This document shows positions 20,905 to 33,645 of a DNA stretch of 64,000 bases, piece by piece (the stretch's first letter is position 1; every line of letters begins with the position of its first letter). Source of the DNA: Heteronotia binoei. Lineage: Eukaryota. The DNA lies in the NCBI RefSeq assembly GCF_032191835.1, contig NC_083229.1, positions 38,006,001 to 38,070,000 on the forward strand, given 5' to 3'. The notes under the pieces are model-generated. The model was not told the origin of the DNA and did no database searches. It saw nothing but the letters and a program-made list of their open reading frames with translations. Made by a program: the position numbers and the translations under genes.

Positions 20905-22129
20905 CTGAAAATTAAGAAAAAATCAATAATTTGCTAGACCAACATTAGAAGAAATATAGGAAAGTCAAGTTTAATCAAGAACAAAACCATGGCAAAGTAA
21001 GAATGTAGTTAGTACTTTATGCTATGACACCTTCCCATTTGTATGGCTGCACAAAATGTTAGGGAATTTTAGTATAGGAACCTTTCCTAGGACTCCCATC
21101 CTACCTGGCTGGACGTGGGGAGGGGTTTGAAACTGGCAGAAATCCCATAATTTGAGATAGAAAGAGAAACCTATTCCAAAGTATTTATGATTTATTGAAA
21201 GAAAACCATATTGCACAAATTTAAAGCAAGAAACAAATTCAGTATTCATCTTACAGAAGGGAAAAGACAAATCAAGATTTACAAACAGAACCAAATCAGA
21301 GAGGACTAAGCAAATTCAGGTTGCCTTACAAAACTGCTCCATCTTGCCTATAATTCCACCACACAAAATATTAAAAATAGCCCAAAAATCTATCACAGAA
21401 CAAAACACTGGCTGGATATTAGGAAAAACATTTTAACAGTAAGTTCTTCAACAACTGAATCAGTCACCTAGGGAGGTGGTGAGCGCCCCCTCATTGGCAG
21501 TCTTTAAGCAGTGGGCTGGACTAGATGGTCTGTATGGCTCCTTCTGTGAACTTTATGTTACTAAAATTCAACTCCTTGCTGTATTTTTGTAAACTGTGAT
21601 AGCATTTCAACAGCTGGGACTTGTGACAGCAAACTCAATACTTCTTGTGAGTAAGCTCCAATGAATAAAATGGGACTTACTTCTCAGTAGACCTGCTTAG
21701 GATTGCTTCCATAGTTGTTGATGTAGTATCCAAATTCAAAATTTAAACTGGTCAGTCACTGAGGTATATTTCAAAAATGTACAAGATTCATGAGTACAGA
21801 AGAAAACTGCATTTCATTGACATTATCAGTGTTCCCTCTAAGCTGCAGAATCTTGCGAGCAAAAATTCTATTGACATTAAAGTTGTGAGCTAATGGCATT
21901 AAAGTTGTGAGCTACTGCATAAATTAGTGTGCTTCGGGGTCATCCTTCCTGAGCTAAGGCAAAAATATGTGACCTGCAGGCTAAAAATCTGTGAGCTTGC
22001 TCACACTAACTCATCTTAGAGGGAACACTGGACACCGTATAATACAGTCAACATGACTAGCAAGCTTACATTACACATCCCAACTACCAGTGACACATGG
22101 ATTTTAGAACAATTATACAGTGAGCTTAC

Positions 22130-22190
22130 CTCCACAGATGTATATCATGGGCTGCTGCTTGGGAGGTGGTGCATCTTTCTGGGTGTCCAT
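22130..22190 (-). CDS. POLR2K: POLR2K first coding exon (MDTQKDAPPPKQQPMIYICG)
   Basis: ATG at 22190, 61 coding nt, G|gtaagc donor. Confidence 0.96.
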
Positions 22191-22299
22191 ATTCTGTTAG
22201 TAAAGTAAAGACATAATACTCACATTAGCTACGTTTTTAAAACAAGGCTTTCCTCATAAATCTTACTCCTAATGAAATGGGAGGCGGGGATGAAAAAAT

Positions 22300-22700
22300 A
22301 TTCTCGAGAACGCTGCGCCTGTTCTATTCAGTCTTTACTGGGTGAGAGCAGGTAACTCAAGAGGGCATTCAAAAACAGAGTATGCCGACAAAGAAAAAGA
22401 GCAGGCCACAGAAAGAAGCAGTAGCATACCCCGCCTCCAATACTAGCCTCATGGAGAGGACTAGAAAGTCTCACACCTCACCAAAAAATACAAGAGAAAG
22501 TATGATGACATACACAACAGAACACAGCCGACGCCCGCTTAACAGAAACAGCTCCGCGACAACAGAATAATTCTCCAGAACCAGCAAAACCCCGCTACCG
22601 GATCGCATCACACACGTCCGTGTGGCGCAGTGTGATGACGTTACACAGGATCCCGAAACAGCCAATCGGGCTCCACCTTCCCTGTAGGCGGCTTTTCAGT
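22300..22700 (-). promoter_or_regulatory. POLR2K CpG-rich promoter / non-coding exon 1 region
   Basis: CpG-rich; CRE-like TGACGT (~22636) and CCAAT (~22662) motifs just upstream of the first coding exon. Confidence 0.6.
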
Positions 22701-24899
22701 GTATCGAGATGCATGTATTTGTCTGCTGTATCGCCTCTTTCTGTTTGAGAATCTGATATCATATCTGCTCAAGAAGTTCCGTTCAGCATCTGAAATAATC
22801 GAAATATTTGTTTATATTTCCACTTAACAAAGAACCCTGAGGAGAGTGTGGAAGCTAATGATATTTTAGCAACATCTTTAGAGAAGAATGGTCCAAATAT
22901 TACTTTCACGATATTGATTTCTAATTTTACTTCACAATAATCCTTTTTTAAAGCAGATATTACACATCTATATTTTATGTTCCTACCACATAGAGCTTTC
23001 AAAATATTAGGATGTTCCGAATTTGGAAAACCAGAAGGTACCATGCAAGACTTACAGTGAGATTTACAGAGCAATTATAATCTGTGTAGGTTTGCACTGT
23101 CATTTTCCAAATGAGGCTATTACAGAGCCCTCTAGAGCTTTAAATTAGATGGGACTGGGAATTACGTAACCATTTCTAAACCGTGTTATTTACTACTAAA
23201 AGGTACGAATCAGTATTTATATACTGTATAATTTCTTAAAACTTATTGGCTCATTGATTGAAAAATATATTGTATTCCATCATAACCCTGTAAAATAAAA
23301 TTATCACCATCTGTGAAAAATGCTTAACTGAGGAAGCGATCGTAAATAAGTCTTCTCCGAGGTCCCATGTTATTTCGGGTTTACTGCCAGGAAGGCGTCA
23401 TTGAGGACTGGAGCGTGAAAGTGAAAGTAACAGGTTTCGAACGCTGTGGAGCTGTCAGCTCTGGTACTGATATGCTGAGCGGTTTACTGCAATTTGTCAA
23501 ATACAAGTACACACACAAACTTCTCAGTTTAAGGCTGCGTTTTTACATTAATTGAACGTGTGAGTTAATTGGAAAAGGCAGGACCAGATGCAAGAGTGCT
23601 ATTTAAACTGGGGGTCATTAAGGTTTAGCACAAAGGTCCTACCTCATTAATTTTTTTACACTTGCAGGAAAGAAAAGTGGGTTTGTTGTGCAGTGTGCAT
23701 CTCGCCCCCAGTCTCAACAAATCTAGGATGATGAAGTAGGAGACACAGCCTTCAGCCACGCTTGTCCTTTGCATTCTGGATCACACAAAATAGCTTGAGG
23801 TTACTGTTTGGTACTAGAACATCGGATTCAGCTCCCCACGCTTACTAACACCTTGGACCAATTACGCCCTCAGCCTCACCTACCTCAAAGGATTGATGTG
23901 AACATAAAATGCGGGAGGACTACCTGAGCTTCATATGGGAAAGATGGGATAACAAGGTACTAGGTTAAATAGCAATACTTTAGACAATAACCCTACGCTC
24001 ACTTAACCGAGAATGTCCCATTGAACAAAGTGGGATTTATATGCGAACAGACATAGACTTGGGTGGCAGAAGCCTTTAATCATGTCATTCGGTGAAAGTA
24101 GTAAGACTGCTAATATTGACTAACTCTGCAGCCTATTGTGGGCTTACTGCAGCCTTAAATCCATTGAAATCACTGAAACTCTGCATAAGATCGCACTGTT
24201 GGGGTTCCATGGTTTTTTTTTTTTAACTGACATGACTATTTGACAGCAGTATTATAGGATTAGTGAGTATTATGACCCCCAATTTATAAAATGGGGATAA
24301 GACCCTGAACAACCTAACTCACAGACAGGGCAAAAAGTTTCAAGCAGGGACGTCCTAGCTCTGACTCTTACACCAGTTCTCTCTGTGTTGGTAGAATACA
24401 TTCAGGTGGGAAGTCGTGTTGGTCTGAACAGATGATCAAAGTTTGAGTCCAATGGCCCCTTTAAGACCGACGAAGTTTAATTCTGAGTATAAGCTTTGGT
24501 GTGCAAGTTTATAGGTTACACAAGCACACTTCAGATAAGAGTGTGCACTTAAGCAAGAATTCTAATTCACTACAATAATGTCGAGTTAAAGGATCAGGCT
24601 GAGAGTCCTTGGGATTAACCACCACGTACTGTACAGCGTATCTCTCTGTTTTAAAAAATGGAGGAAGGAAAGAAATATGGAGTAGTGTTGTTAAGGCAGC
24701 CTGGAAGCAACTTGCAGAGATAACCAAAAGCAAAATAAATAAAGAAGCAAGCAGGTAGAAGTGAAATGGAGTAGAGCGGGATGATAAGAAGAGTGCGTCT
24801 GAAAAAAAAAGCCTAAATAAGAAGAAGCAAACCCAGACGGGAATGCCTTGAGATTAAGCCCCTCAGTAGCGAGCTCTAGAAAGAGCTCCTCTTCTGGCC

Positions 24900-25210
24900 C
24901 TTCTAACATCTAAGCACACAGTTGCAGTTTCTCCGCCTCCTCCTCGGCTATGCTTTTGCGCTTGGCGTTGCCCGGGGCTCCTCTCCGAGGAAGCCGCGCC
25001 GAAGGGGGAGGAAGCGAAGCTACAGCAGTTGGGAAAAGGCGGGTAGTTCAAAACCGAGCGAGGGAAACCTTCAAGCCAGTGCACGCGGGCAGCCGCTGCT
25101 TGGCCAGGGGGAGGCGGCTCTTCGTCCTTAGTAGGGCAACGCTTCAGGGCTGAGGCGAGAAGGAAGTTGCGGTGGCTGCCCCCCCCCCCGGTTTCGCTAG
25201 CAGAGAGCAG
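24900..25210 (+). promoter_or_regulatory. CpG island, probable FBXO43 promoter (divergent from POLR2K)
   Basis: GC/CpG-rich block; GGCGG-n4-TTCAAA CDE/CHR-like element at 25038-25052; head-to-head layout as recalled for human. Confidence 0.55.
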
Positions 25211-25731
25211 CGCCCCTTAATCTTTCGTTCAGAGCTTGTCTTCAACTTCTCGTCAGTTTGGGGAATAGTCTGATTTTTTTTTTTCACCTGACCTTATTTG
25301 CTTCTCTGAAGCAAATTTATCGCCCTTCCCACGTTTTGGGGTAATCTGTTTTCATCCCCTCCTCACCAGCTTGCAGGAAGATAATTCAAGACAGGTGACT
25401 GAACCCCTCAAGGGGTGATTAAGTTCATCCAGCTAAGAATGGGGTTTTATTGAATAATTAAGACACCAACTGATTTGTTTAAGCATACTTTTGACTATGT
25501 TCTCTAAGATAACTAAATGATACTCTAATGTATCTTGGATATTTCTCCCTTGCCCCCACCCCTGCATTTTACCCTGACCCTCTAGGTTAAAAGGACATTT
25601 TGATTTTAGCTGTATGGAAAACTTCATGCGAAGCATCTCCTGACCTTCAAGTTAAACAGGTAAGTTGGGTTACACCTGTCTTCCAGGTGGAGGAAATTTA
25701 ACTATTGCCAGCAGCCTGTGTATCATCAGCT

Positions 25732-26010
25732 CAGGGTATGCTAGGCCAAACTGCAGCTCAGGAGCCACATGTGGCTTTCGAAGCCCCCACTGCCCCGTTG
25801 GCCAGCTTAGAGATGGTAGTTGTCTCTTTAAATCACTTTGCCAAGCCAGCAGGTGGCTTGGAGAATGCATTTAAAATTACTATTGTTTCTTTCTACCTCC
25901 ATCTCCCCCATCTATTTTCCTCCCTCCCTCCTCTCAAACATCTGACATTCATGTCTTATGACTCTCAAACATCTGATGTTTATTCTTTGTGGCTCTTATG
26001 TTAAGCAAGT
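25732..26010 (-). mobile_element. hAT (Buster-like) MITE copy, truncated
   Basis: Reverse-complement similarity to 12141-12459; one end missing. Confidence 0.75.
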
Positions 26011-27389
26011 ATATGCTAATTGGAGGAGAGTAATTGAGAGAGTAGGTACAGAGTAAGCAGTTTGAATAGGCACATGTATATTCCCAATGAACCACCACCT
26101 GAAGGTGACCATCTCCTTTAAAAAATTACTAAAACAATTTTGTCATTTCTTAAAACACACTCTGTTTTATGTTTTCTCTTAGTATAATAAGTAAATTCTC
26201 ATGTACAAGTTATTTAAACAAGAAAGAAAGGCTGAGGATTGTATTCTTAAATTAAGATTGTTCTCCAAGGAATTGTGGAAAATGAAACTTGACATAGTCA
26301 TGTCTCATGCCTTTTTCCTCAGCTTGTATAGTTCCCCCTCAACTTTTTCAGGGCATATACCTATTCTCTTAATTACTCCCCTCCAATTAGCATAGGCCAG
26401 GGGTGGCCAAACTTACTTAACATAAGAGCCACAAAGTGATAATCTGGTTGCTTATTCCTGACAGTATCATGTTTTCTCCCTCACAGGGTGTCTGTTGTGG
26501 GAAAAGATTGTAAAGGAGATTGTAAACCACCCTGAAATTCAGAGTGAAGGGTGGGGTATAAATTCAGCCGCCCTGAGCCTGCCTCGGCGGGGAGGGCGGG
26601 GTATAAATAAAATTTTATTATTATTATAATATAATTTTATTTTCAAAGTATAGATGGAATCTCCAGGCTTCAGCCTGACAACATAAAGTCTCTTGTGAAT
26701 GTGGCCATTGCAACATAATTGTAACAATTAATTCTCTTAATTCTTCACCACCACCCCCAAATTTGCTAATTTTCATTTTTTCAGCTTGAAATCTACTGTT
26801 TTGTAAATAACTTATTTATGTTGGTGCTCTTTCTATATAATCCACAGCTATACAATTCTTCTTTCAGTAACATTTACTTTAAGGTTTAAAAAGATGCTCT
26901 AGCCTTTATTCAGGAAGATGACCAATAGTTTCAGTTCTTTGTTGTATTTCATGAAATTAGCACTTCAAGCAGATATCTAAATAGGAATATAACATAGATC
27001 TAAAGAAATGTGCATGCACACAAAAGTTTAAAGCCAGAATTAAACTTTGTTGGTTTTAAAGGTGCAACTGGACTCAAACTTTGTTCTGTAGATTAATATA
27101 AATATGGTAAGGGCAAGTATCATTTTCCTTCCCTTTCAACTCCCATTTGTATAAAATAGTTATATTAATATATTTTTATAGGAATAGGTCTCTCTCTCTC
27201 TGTGCCCTCATTGGAAAATATAGCATACAGATGGTTTAATAAACATGATGAACTCTTGCCTTACAGACCATGATAGGGCAGAGAACATGATAGAGTAGAG
27301 GTGAGAGTGAACTCCCTTACTTAGTCCAGCACACTTTAAAGAAGTCTGTAGGGGCCTTGGTGTAATGAAGCTGAATCCAGATAAGACAT

Positions 27390-28670
27390 AGGTGATGCTT
27401 GCTGGAAGAACCACTGCTTTGAATGGGATTGTTCTTCCTATTGTTGATGGTGTGCAGCTTTCACTTAGTGATAAAAGCTGGGGAGTCTTGCTGGATTCTG
27501 ATTTCTTATTGGCAGAGGTTGTTTTGTAGAAAAACAGGTGGTGGAGCTCATTAGCATAACTCATTAGCATATGCTTCCCCCCCAGCCAAAAGCAACCAGA
27601 TGCAAGAAAGGAGAGTCCTGGGTGAGCGAGGCCTGCTTGGGCTGGCTAGAGATCCACCCCCCCCCCTCAAAAGGCCATCAAGCCATCCACTACCCAAAAT
27701 CATATAAGAAGTGGAAAAAGTGTGGCATGGGCTTCTCCAGGGGTTAGTGAGGGCTGCTTGGGGCGTGACAAAGCTTCTGGTGGCTGGCTGGCTGCCTGCT
27801 CTCCTAACCCAGGGATTGTTATGCAGCTGCACCTACTATTCAATGGACAAGATAAGTGGGGAGGAAGAGGGGGAACCCTCAGAAAGGTTCAGGAGCTGTG
27901 CTCCTGTGAGCTCCCGCTGAATCGGAGGCCTGGTTATTTGAATAACAAGTGTCCATAACAGCAAAAAATGCTTTTTGCCAGCAACATCTAGATTGGAAAC
28001 TGGTTCCATTTGCAGATAACTAATCTGGCCACACTACTCCATAAATGGGACTAGATTGCTGTAACAAATTCTACCTGGGGCTTCCCTTGAGGACAGTCCA
28101 GGAGTTGCAGCTGTTACAAAATGTGGCAGCTTGTTTGTTATCTGGGGCTAGATGACAGGACCATATTACTTCTAAAAATTATTATTAAAGAAATATTCCT
28201 ACTCTTGAGGTCCCATCATGGGTTACAAATTATTCCCTGGTCTAATTCAAGGTGTTGGTACTCACCTTTCAACATCTTCATGATCTGGGGCCTGTATATT
28301 TGAAAGACTGTTTCTCCCTTCATCTTCCCATGTGTCAACTTTGTTTAACTCACTAATATCTGCTATCAGTTCCTCCACTGTAAGGCATGTTTTCCCACAG
28401 CCCAGATCAGGCTTTTTCAGTGGCTACCCCATGTGTCTGGAGCAGACTCCCCAAAGGGTTTCTGCCCTCCTGACTTGCCAGCAACAATGCAAAACAGAGC
28501 AGTTCCAGAGAGCTTTGGGGGCAGCCTAAGCTTATTAGTTGGGGTAGTTGTTTTTAGTCTTTTTTTAATGCTTTATTTTATTATGCTGTGTTGTGTTGTT
28601 TTTACACTGATGCTATTATCCTTGAATGCCTGGTAGAAAGATAGTATGTAACTGTTCAAAATAAATAAAA
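27390..28670 (+). mobile_element. Decayed L2 LINE 3' half
   Basis: Degenerate SLGVLLD and DCCN..YLGLPL..VQELQLLQNVAA motifs; TAAA-type tail. Confidence 0.7.
27513..27975. mobile_element. hAT-like MITE (ctcattagcat family) inserted in an L2
   Basis: Degenerate cagggctttttt-type ends; L2 sequence resumes on both sides. Confidence 0.6.
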
Positions 28671-28746
28671 GAATTTTTGCCTACTGGTCTGGTCCCCTTT
28701 CTGCGGTTGGCAGAATGCTGCTGCAGCCAGTCAGGAAGATCACGAT

Positions 28747-28931
28747 CAGGCATTTTTTTTTTGAGCAGGAACGCAGTTCCGGCTGGCTTGGCATCAGTGG
28801 GTGTGGCCTAATATGCAAATATGTTCCTGCTGGGCTTCTAAAAAAAGCCCTACGTAAAACAATGGTGATGTTGGGGTGTGGCCTAATATGCAAATGAGTT
28901 CCTGCTGGGATTTTTCTACAAAAAAGGCCCT
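28747..28931. mobile_element. hAT MITE with duplicated octamer unit
   Basis: TIR cagg(g)c(a)tttttt...aaaaaaggccctg; 8-bp TSD atcacgat/atcatgat; internal direct repeat with ATGCAAAT. Confidence 0.85.
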
Positions 28932-31469
28932 GATCATGATACAGACAGTGCTCATTGCTGAAGTATAATCTCAGGTTTCAAAGTAATGAACATAACTTTC
29001 TATGCTTAACTTTGGTATGTTTTAATGTCACCTGTTTCTGTCCCTCAGCAAAGAATCACAATTGGGCAATGCCCACACAGTTCTGGAATGCTTCTTATTT
29101 AACTGCAATCTTCTTGTAAATCCAAGGCAAGTATAACATATTACTTTTTGTTAAGATTTGCTAAAGATGCTGCCTAGGGTTCAAAGAATGGTTCAACTAA
29201 TTCTGTGATATCATGTGACCCCTCCCAAAACCCCTCCTGTTATTAGTGCTTCTGCCTCATATCCACCATTACTGAATGGCAAACTGCTTTTGAAATGAGT
29301 GGGAGTCTCAAAAACAATGTGCAATGTGGCACTATTCAGTATCTTTGTAAGTAAAAACTTCCTTTGGCTAGGAAGCTTAAAACAGGATGGATTTATTTAG
29401 GTTACCTCTAAAAAAGATCATTTTGAAACACTGATATAAAGCAAGTTTTCTGTTTTGAAATTTGTATGGAGGAAGGGAAAATGATGTAAGCTTCTTTGGG
29501 TCCTCAATGAAGAGAAAAGTATAAATGCCCTGCACAAGTATTATTTTGTTATTAAACAGAACTTTCAACCAATCTAAGGACATAATCTAAAATATTTAAT
29601 CATGCATCTCATGTGTCTTGACAGCTAAGCACAGTTGCTTAGTTGAAGGCTCAGGCTGCAATTCTATGCATGTTTATATCAAAACAAATCCTAAAATACA
29701 GCATATTTCTGACCAAATATGCATACAATTGGTCTGTAAGTATGCAGAGATTCTGGATTTTGGTAGTTATAGAACCCTCCTCCTCATGAGATAGAAAGGA
29801 AAGCATAGAATCACAATTTGAAAACTATATTATGGACTTTGCCTAGTTGGGGGGGCATAGAATAGTAGCTTAATCCAAGGATCTCTTGGATCCTTGCACT
29901 TTCAGTGGCTTGATATAGTTGCTGGCTTCAGTAAAAAGTCCATAGCAATAAATACATGACAGACTGTGTAATTTCAGAATCCTGTCCCATTATTCCTTTT
30001 TCTACACGAAAACGCTTTTAAATGTGTGTTAGAGAAGTACAGGCTTTTACTTGTTTTCATTTTTGTTTAAATGAAAATGTTTACTTGTTTTCAGTTTTCA
30101 TTTAAAATAGTTTCATTTACTTGTTTTCAGTTTTTGTTTAAAATCAGGTTACTGAAATTTGTAGGGGAGGGGAGAGCTTTGATTTTTTTTATCCACCTTG
30201 GTCTAAAGTAGTTCTTTGGATCCTAATAACTGTAGTCTTTAATGTTTCATCCAATCTGCCAGCAAGATTGTAATTAATCACTTCTGTCTGCTTAGAAGGC
30301 AGGGAGATTTTATACTATACACAACTTCCCATTAGAAATTTCAGTCCCATTATAAGAAATTGGAAAACTAGAAGTCAAAGCATTGTTATATATAAACAAT
30401 TTTGCATTAGCAGAGAAACAAACAATATGTTGCAGTGAGTTTTAGAACTCCAAGGAATTTATGCCGATGCTTCTGAGTGTGATGGTTCTACAATAACTGT
30501 TTGTGAGAACACGCCTTTCACCTTGTGTCACTGACAACATGTGGCTTAAGTATATGTTGTTTCATCTGTGAGCAATGACAAATGCCAATACACAAAATTG
30601 TGTGCTAGCTTCAGTTTCAGCTTTGGGATTATGGAGCCCCCACCAGGTAGGTTATGAAATTCATAGCAAGCTGCCATTTTCAGTATGGTTTATGGAAGGA
30701 CCTGCTGCTAGTATATAGCCATAAAGAACAAAGGTGTTGTGCTTTCTGTCATGCTAAAAAGAGTGGCAGGATGGATGTTCCTTTTTGGTACAGACAAGTT
30801 CAGAGATAAACTCCCCCTCTGCAGAAGCTCTCTTTTCTCTCTTGTTCACCATGGCCTGGCCATCTCCACTAATTAATTTTCTAGTTCTCTGTGAACTTGC
30901 ACACCCCCCTCTCCAGTGAGGTCCAGCTCTTCTGCCTGTCATGTGACTTCCAGCTTGGTATGTCTTATGCCATTGGGAGGACAGTGAAAGATGGATCCTT
31001 GGAAAGATTGAAGACTACTGGTCTGAAGTTCCAGGATATGGTTTGAGAGAGCAGTCTTGTTGAAGTTGAGCGGTTATAAATCTGGGGCATAAACTATGGG
31101 GGGCAGCAAGGCTCAAGCCTCCTTCTTTGGGCTGTCAGGTCATCTGGGATTTCCCCGCAGGAGCAATGTCTTTCCCACCCACTGCAAGATAGCATAATGA
31201 AGTTAATCAGGCTGTCAGGTTCTCAAGTTCAGTCAGTCCTTGTCTTTGTAGCAAGTTAACAAGTTCATAGGAGGCATAGGGCTGGTTTTGTTTGGTTAGA
31301 GGAGATGTCCTTCAGTGGATAATACTGTCTGCAAAGAAACAATAGAAAGAGAAAACTAGCATAGAAGGGGAAAAGGAAAGATAAATCCATCTAGCAATCA
31401 GGAGGCCTTAGTGGCTGGACTGAAGAATGTAGATCCTGTAGCTTGCAACACAAACTGATGTAAATACAG

Positions 31470-31680
31470 CTAGCTTTGACTTCTATGGCACCCTAGAGAC
31501 CAACAAGATTTTGGGGGTATTAGCCTTTTTTGTGAGTCAAAGTTTCATTGTTGGTATTTGATGAAGAAATCATGGACTCTCAAAATCTTATACCCATAAT
31601 ATCTCGATGGTCTGTAAGGTGCTACTGGACTTGAATCTAGCAGTTCTACTGTAGGCCAACACAGCTACTCTCTGAAACTA
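31470..31680. mobile_element. Penelope-like remnants in inverted arrangement
   Basis: Two opposed copies of the ttgttggt.t.taaggtgc terminal motif. Confidence 0.65.
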
Positions 31681-33645
31681 TCTGCTATAAGTTATGTATC
31701 AAGAAAATTATGGTTTACTTTATAGATGAGATACTACTAAACATATTATTACTGTGCCCTGGTGGCCCTACCTTAGAGAAAGAAATAGTCTCATCTCTAC
31801 TTTAGCTATAGGTATGGGGGAGTGCTACCAAGAAACCTCTTTCTACCTTGATATGTGCTCTTTGTCCTAATTCCTTCCTGGCTGGATTTGCCTTGGCAGC
31901 CATATTAGGAGATAACAATACCTTGCTTTGGAGAAAGGGAGGTCAAAACTCTCCTCAGGCTATGCTAATGAATGGCCAAATCCTTGGGTGGAAGACTGAT
32001 TCACTGATAGGGCTTGCAAAGCCAGGAACTCACCTTGTTCTATCAAGGTAATTTTATCAGTAAATGTGAGCCTGAGTGCAAAATCTAATTATTGTCAAGC
32101 AGACAGGTGAGCTGATTACATTTTGCTGACCTTCTCTGAATGTCTCCTAACTTACCACCCTCCTCCAGGCATGAGGGAAGCCAATCTTTTTGTCTACCCT
32201 GCCTGGATGCAATCTCCTTTTGTCAACTTTGTGGGAAGCTCCTCCCTCTTTAACTCAGTCACAGCCATGAAATCCATAGATTCTCATCCTGGACTCACTG
32301 TGAATTCCTGGATCTTATGTCTTTGAAAGTCTTTTGTGTTGCTCTGCCAGCCAAAACTGCAGTCTCATCCTCTGCGCTTTCACAGAGGTTGCCAACACCA
32401 CTTTTCTTTCTCTTGGTCTTTGAGAAGTTCTGCCAAAAGCCCTTATTCTCAACCTGTGGATCATCGAAGCAGACAAGGTACTTTAAATTAAGGTGATTTT
32501 GATACCACAGGGCCTGCAGCTTTTGAGAAAATGAAATGGAGGAAATGGGAATATGTCTTTCTTTAGCCATGTGTGTTTGCAGGTGGACAGAGGCCTGTAA
32601 CTCAAATGGTGAAAGTTAAGGTGATTTTGGTATCCTGTGGCTTGTAGCTTTCGAGAAAAATAAATTGATGAGATAGGAATATTTCTCTTTTGCTGTTTTT
32701 TTCCTGTATGGAGGCAGGGAGATAAAGCTGGCTTCTCAAATATGGAAAGTGAGGTGATTCTGCTGTCATGTACCCTAATTTGACAAAAAAAAAAAATGCT
32801 CCCATATTTTCAGGCCAGGGTATTTGAGACACCAGTATTTACTGTGGATCCTGAGATGCATTTGGAGATTCATACTGAGTATCCAGTATGTGAGCAATGT
32901 ACTTGTTAGAGTGTTGATCTAAGATTGGGGAGATCAGAGTTCTAATCCCCATTGAACCATAAAGCTCACTATGTGACTGAGGTCAGTCAGACACTCTCAG
33001 TCTAACCTACCTTGTAGTGTAGTTGTGAGAAAAAAGGGGGGAAGTATTTCCTTTCATACACAAATGAAATATTTATTCTAATTGTCTTACTGAAGGAGTT
33101 AATGGAATCTTTCCTCTCCTAACAGAGCCCTCATTCTTTGACTGAAATTCAGACTATTTTGAGTTCAAAAACTACACTTTTAAAACCATATGATTAATTG
33201 TTGATGGCATATGGTTTTTGGAAATATAAATAATATCACCTGAAATATTTCTGAATAAAAGCCTGGACCAGGTTTAGCTCATCCCCGTCCCCCAGGAAAC
33301 TCAGAAGTTTACTTTGCTGATAATGAAGCATAACCAGAGTGACATCTTGTTAGGAACATGGTTAAGTCTCTATCATGCAACTTTATGCATATAACATTAA
33401 AGAACTGATTAAACTGGGGTGAATAAGAGGGATATGGGGGGCTTGATTCTGTATGCTTAAATTGTTATCTGTAAGCCTCCTTGAGTCACAAGGAAAGGTA
33501 GGGTAGGGATGCTAAATAAATAATCTCAAAGAATCTGTCTATACATGTATAGTAGTGTAGTTTACCACAGGATACTGGTTTCCTGAAGTAAATAAAACTT
33601 TATAATGCTGTCTTTATTTTACAGAACCTAACAAGCTCCATAGAG

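Noticed and set aside
30700-32480. Possible decayed retroelement or pseudogene block
   Set aside because: No RT, YR or other motif could be read in any frame; left unassigned.
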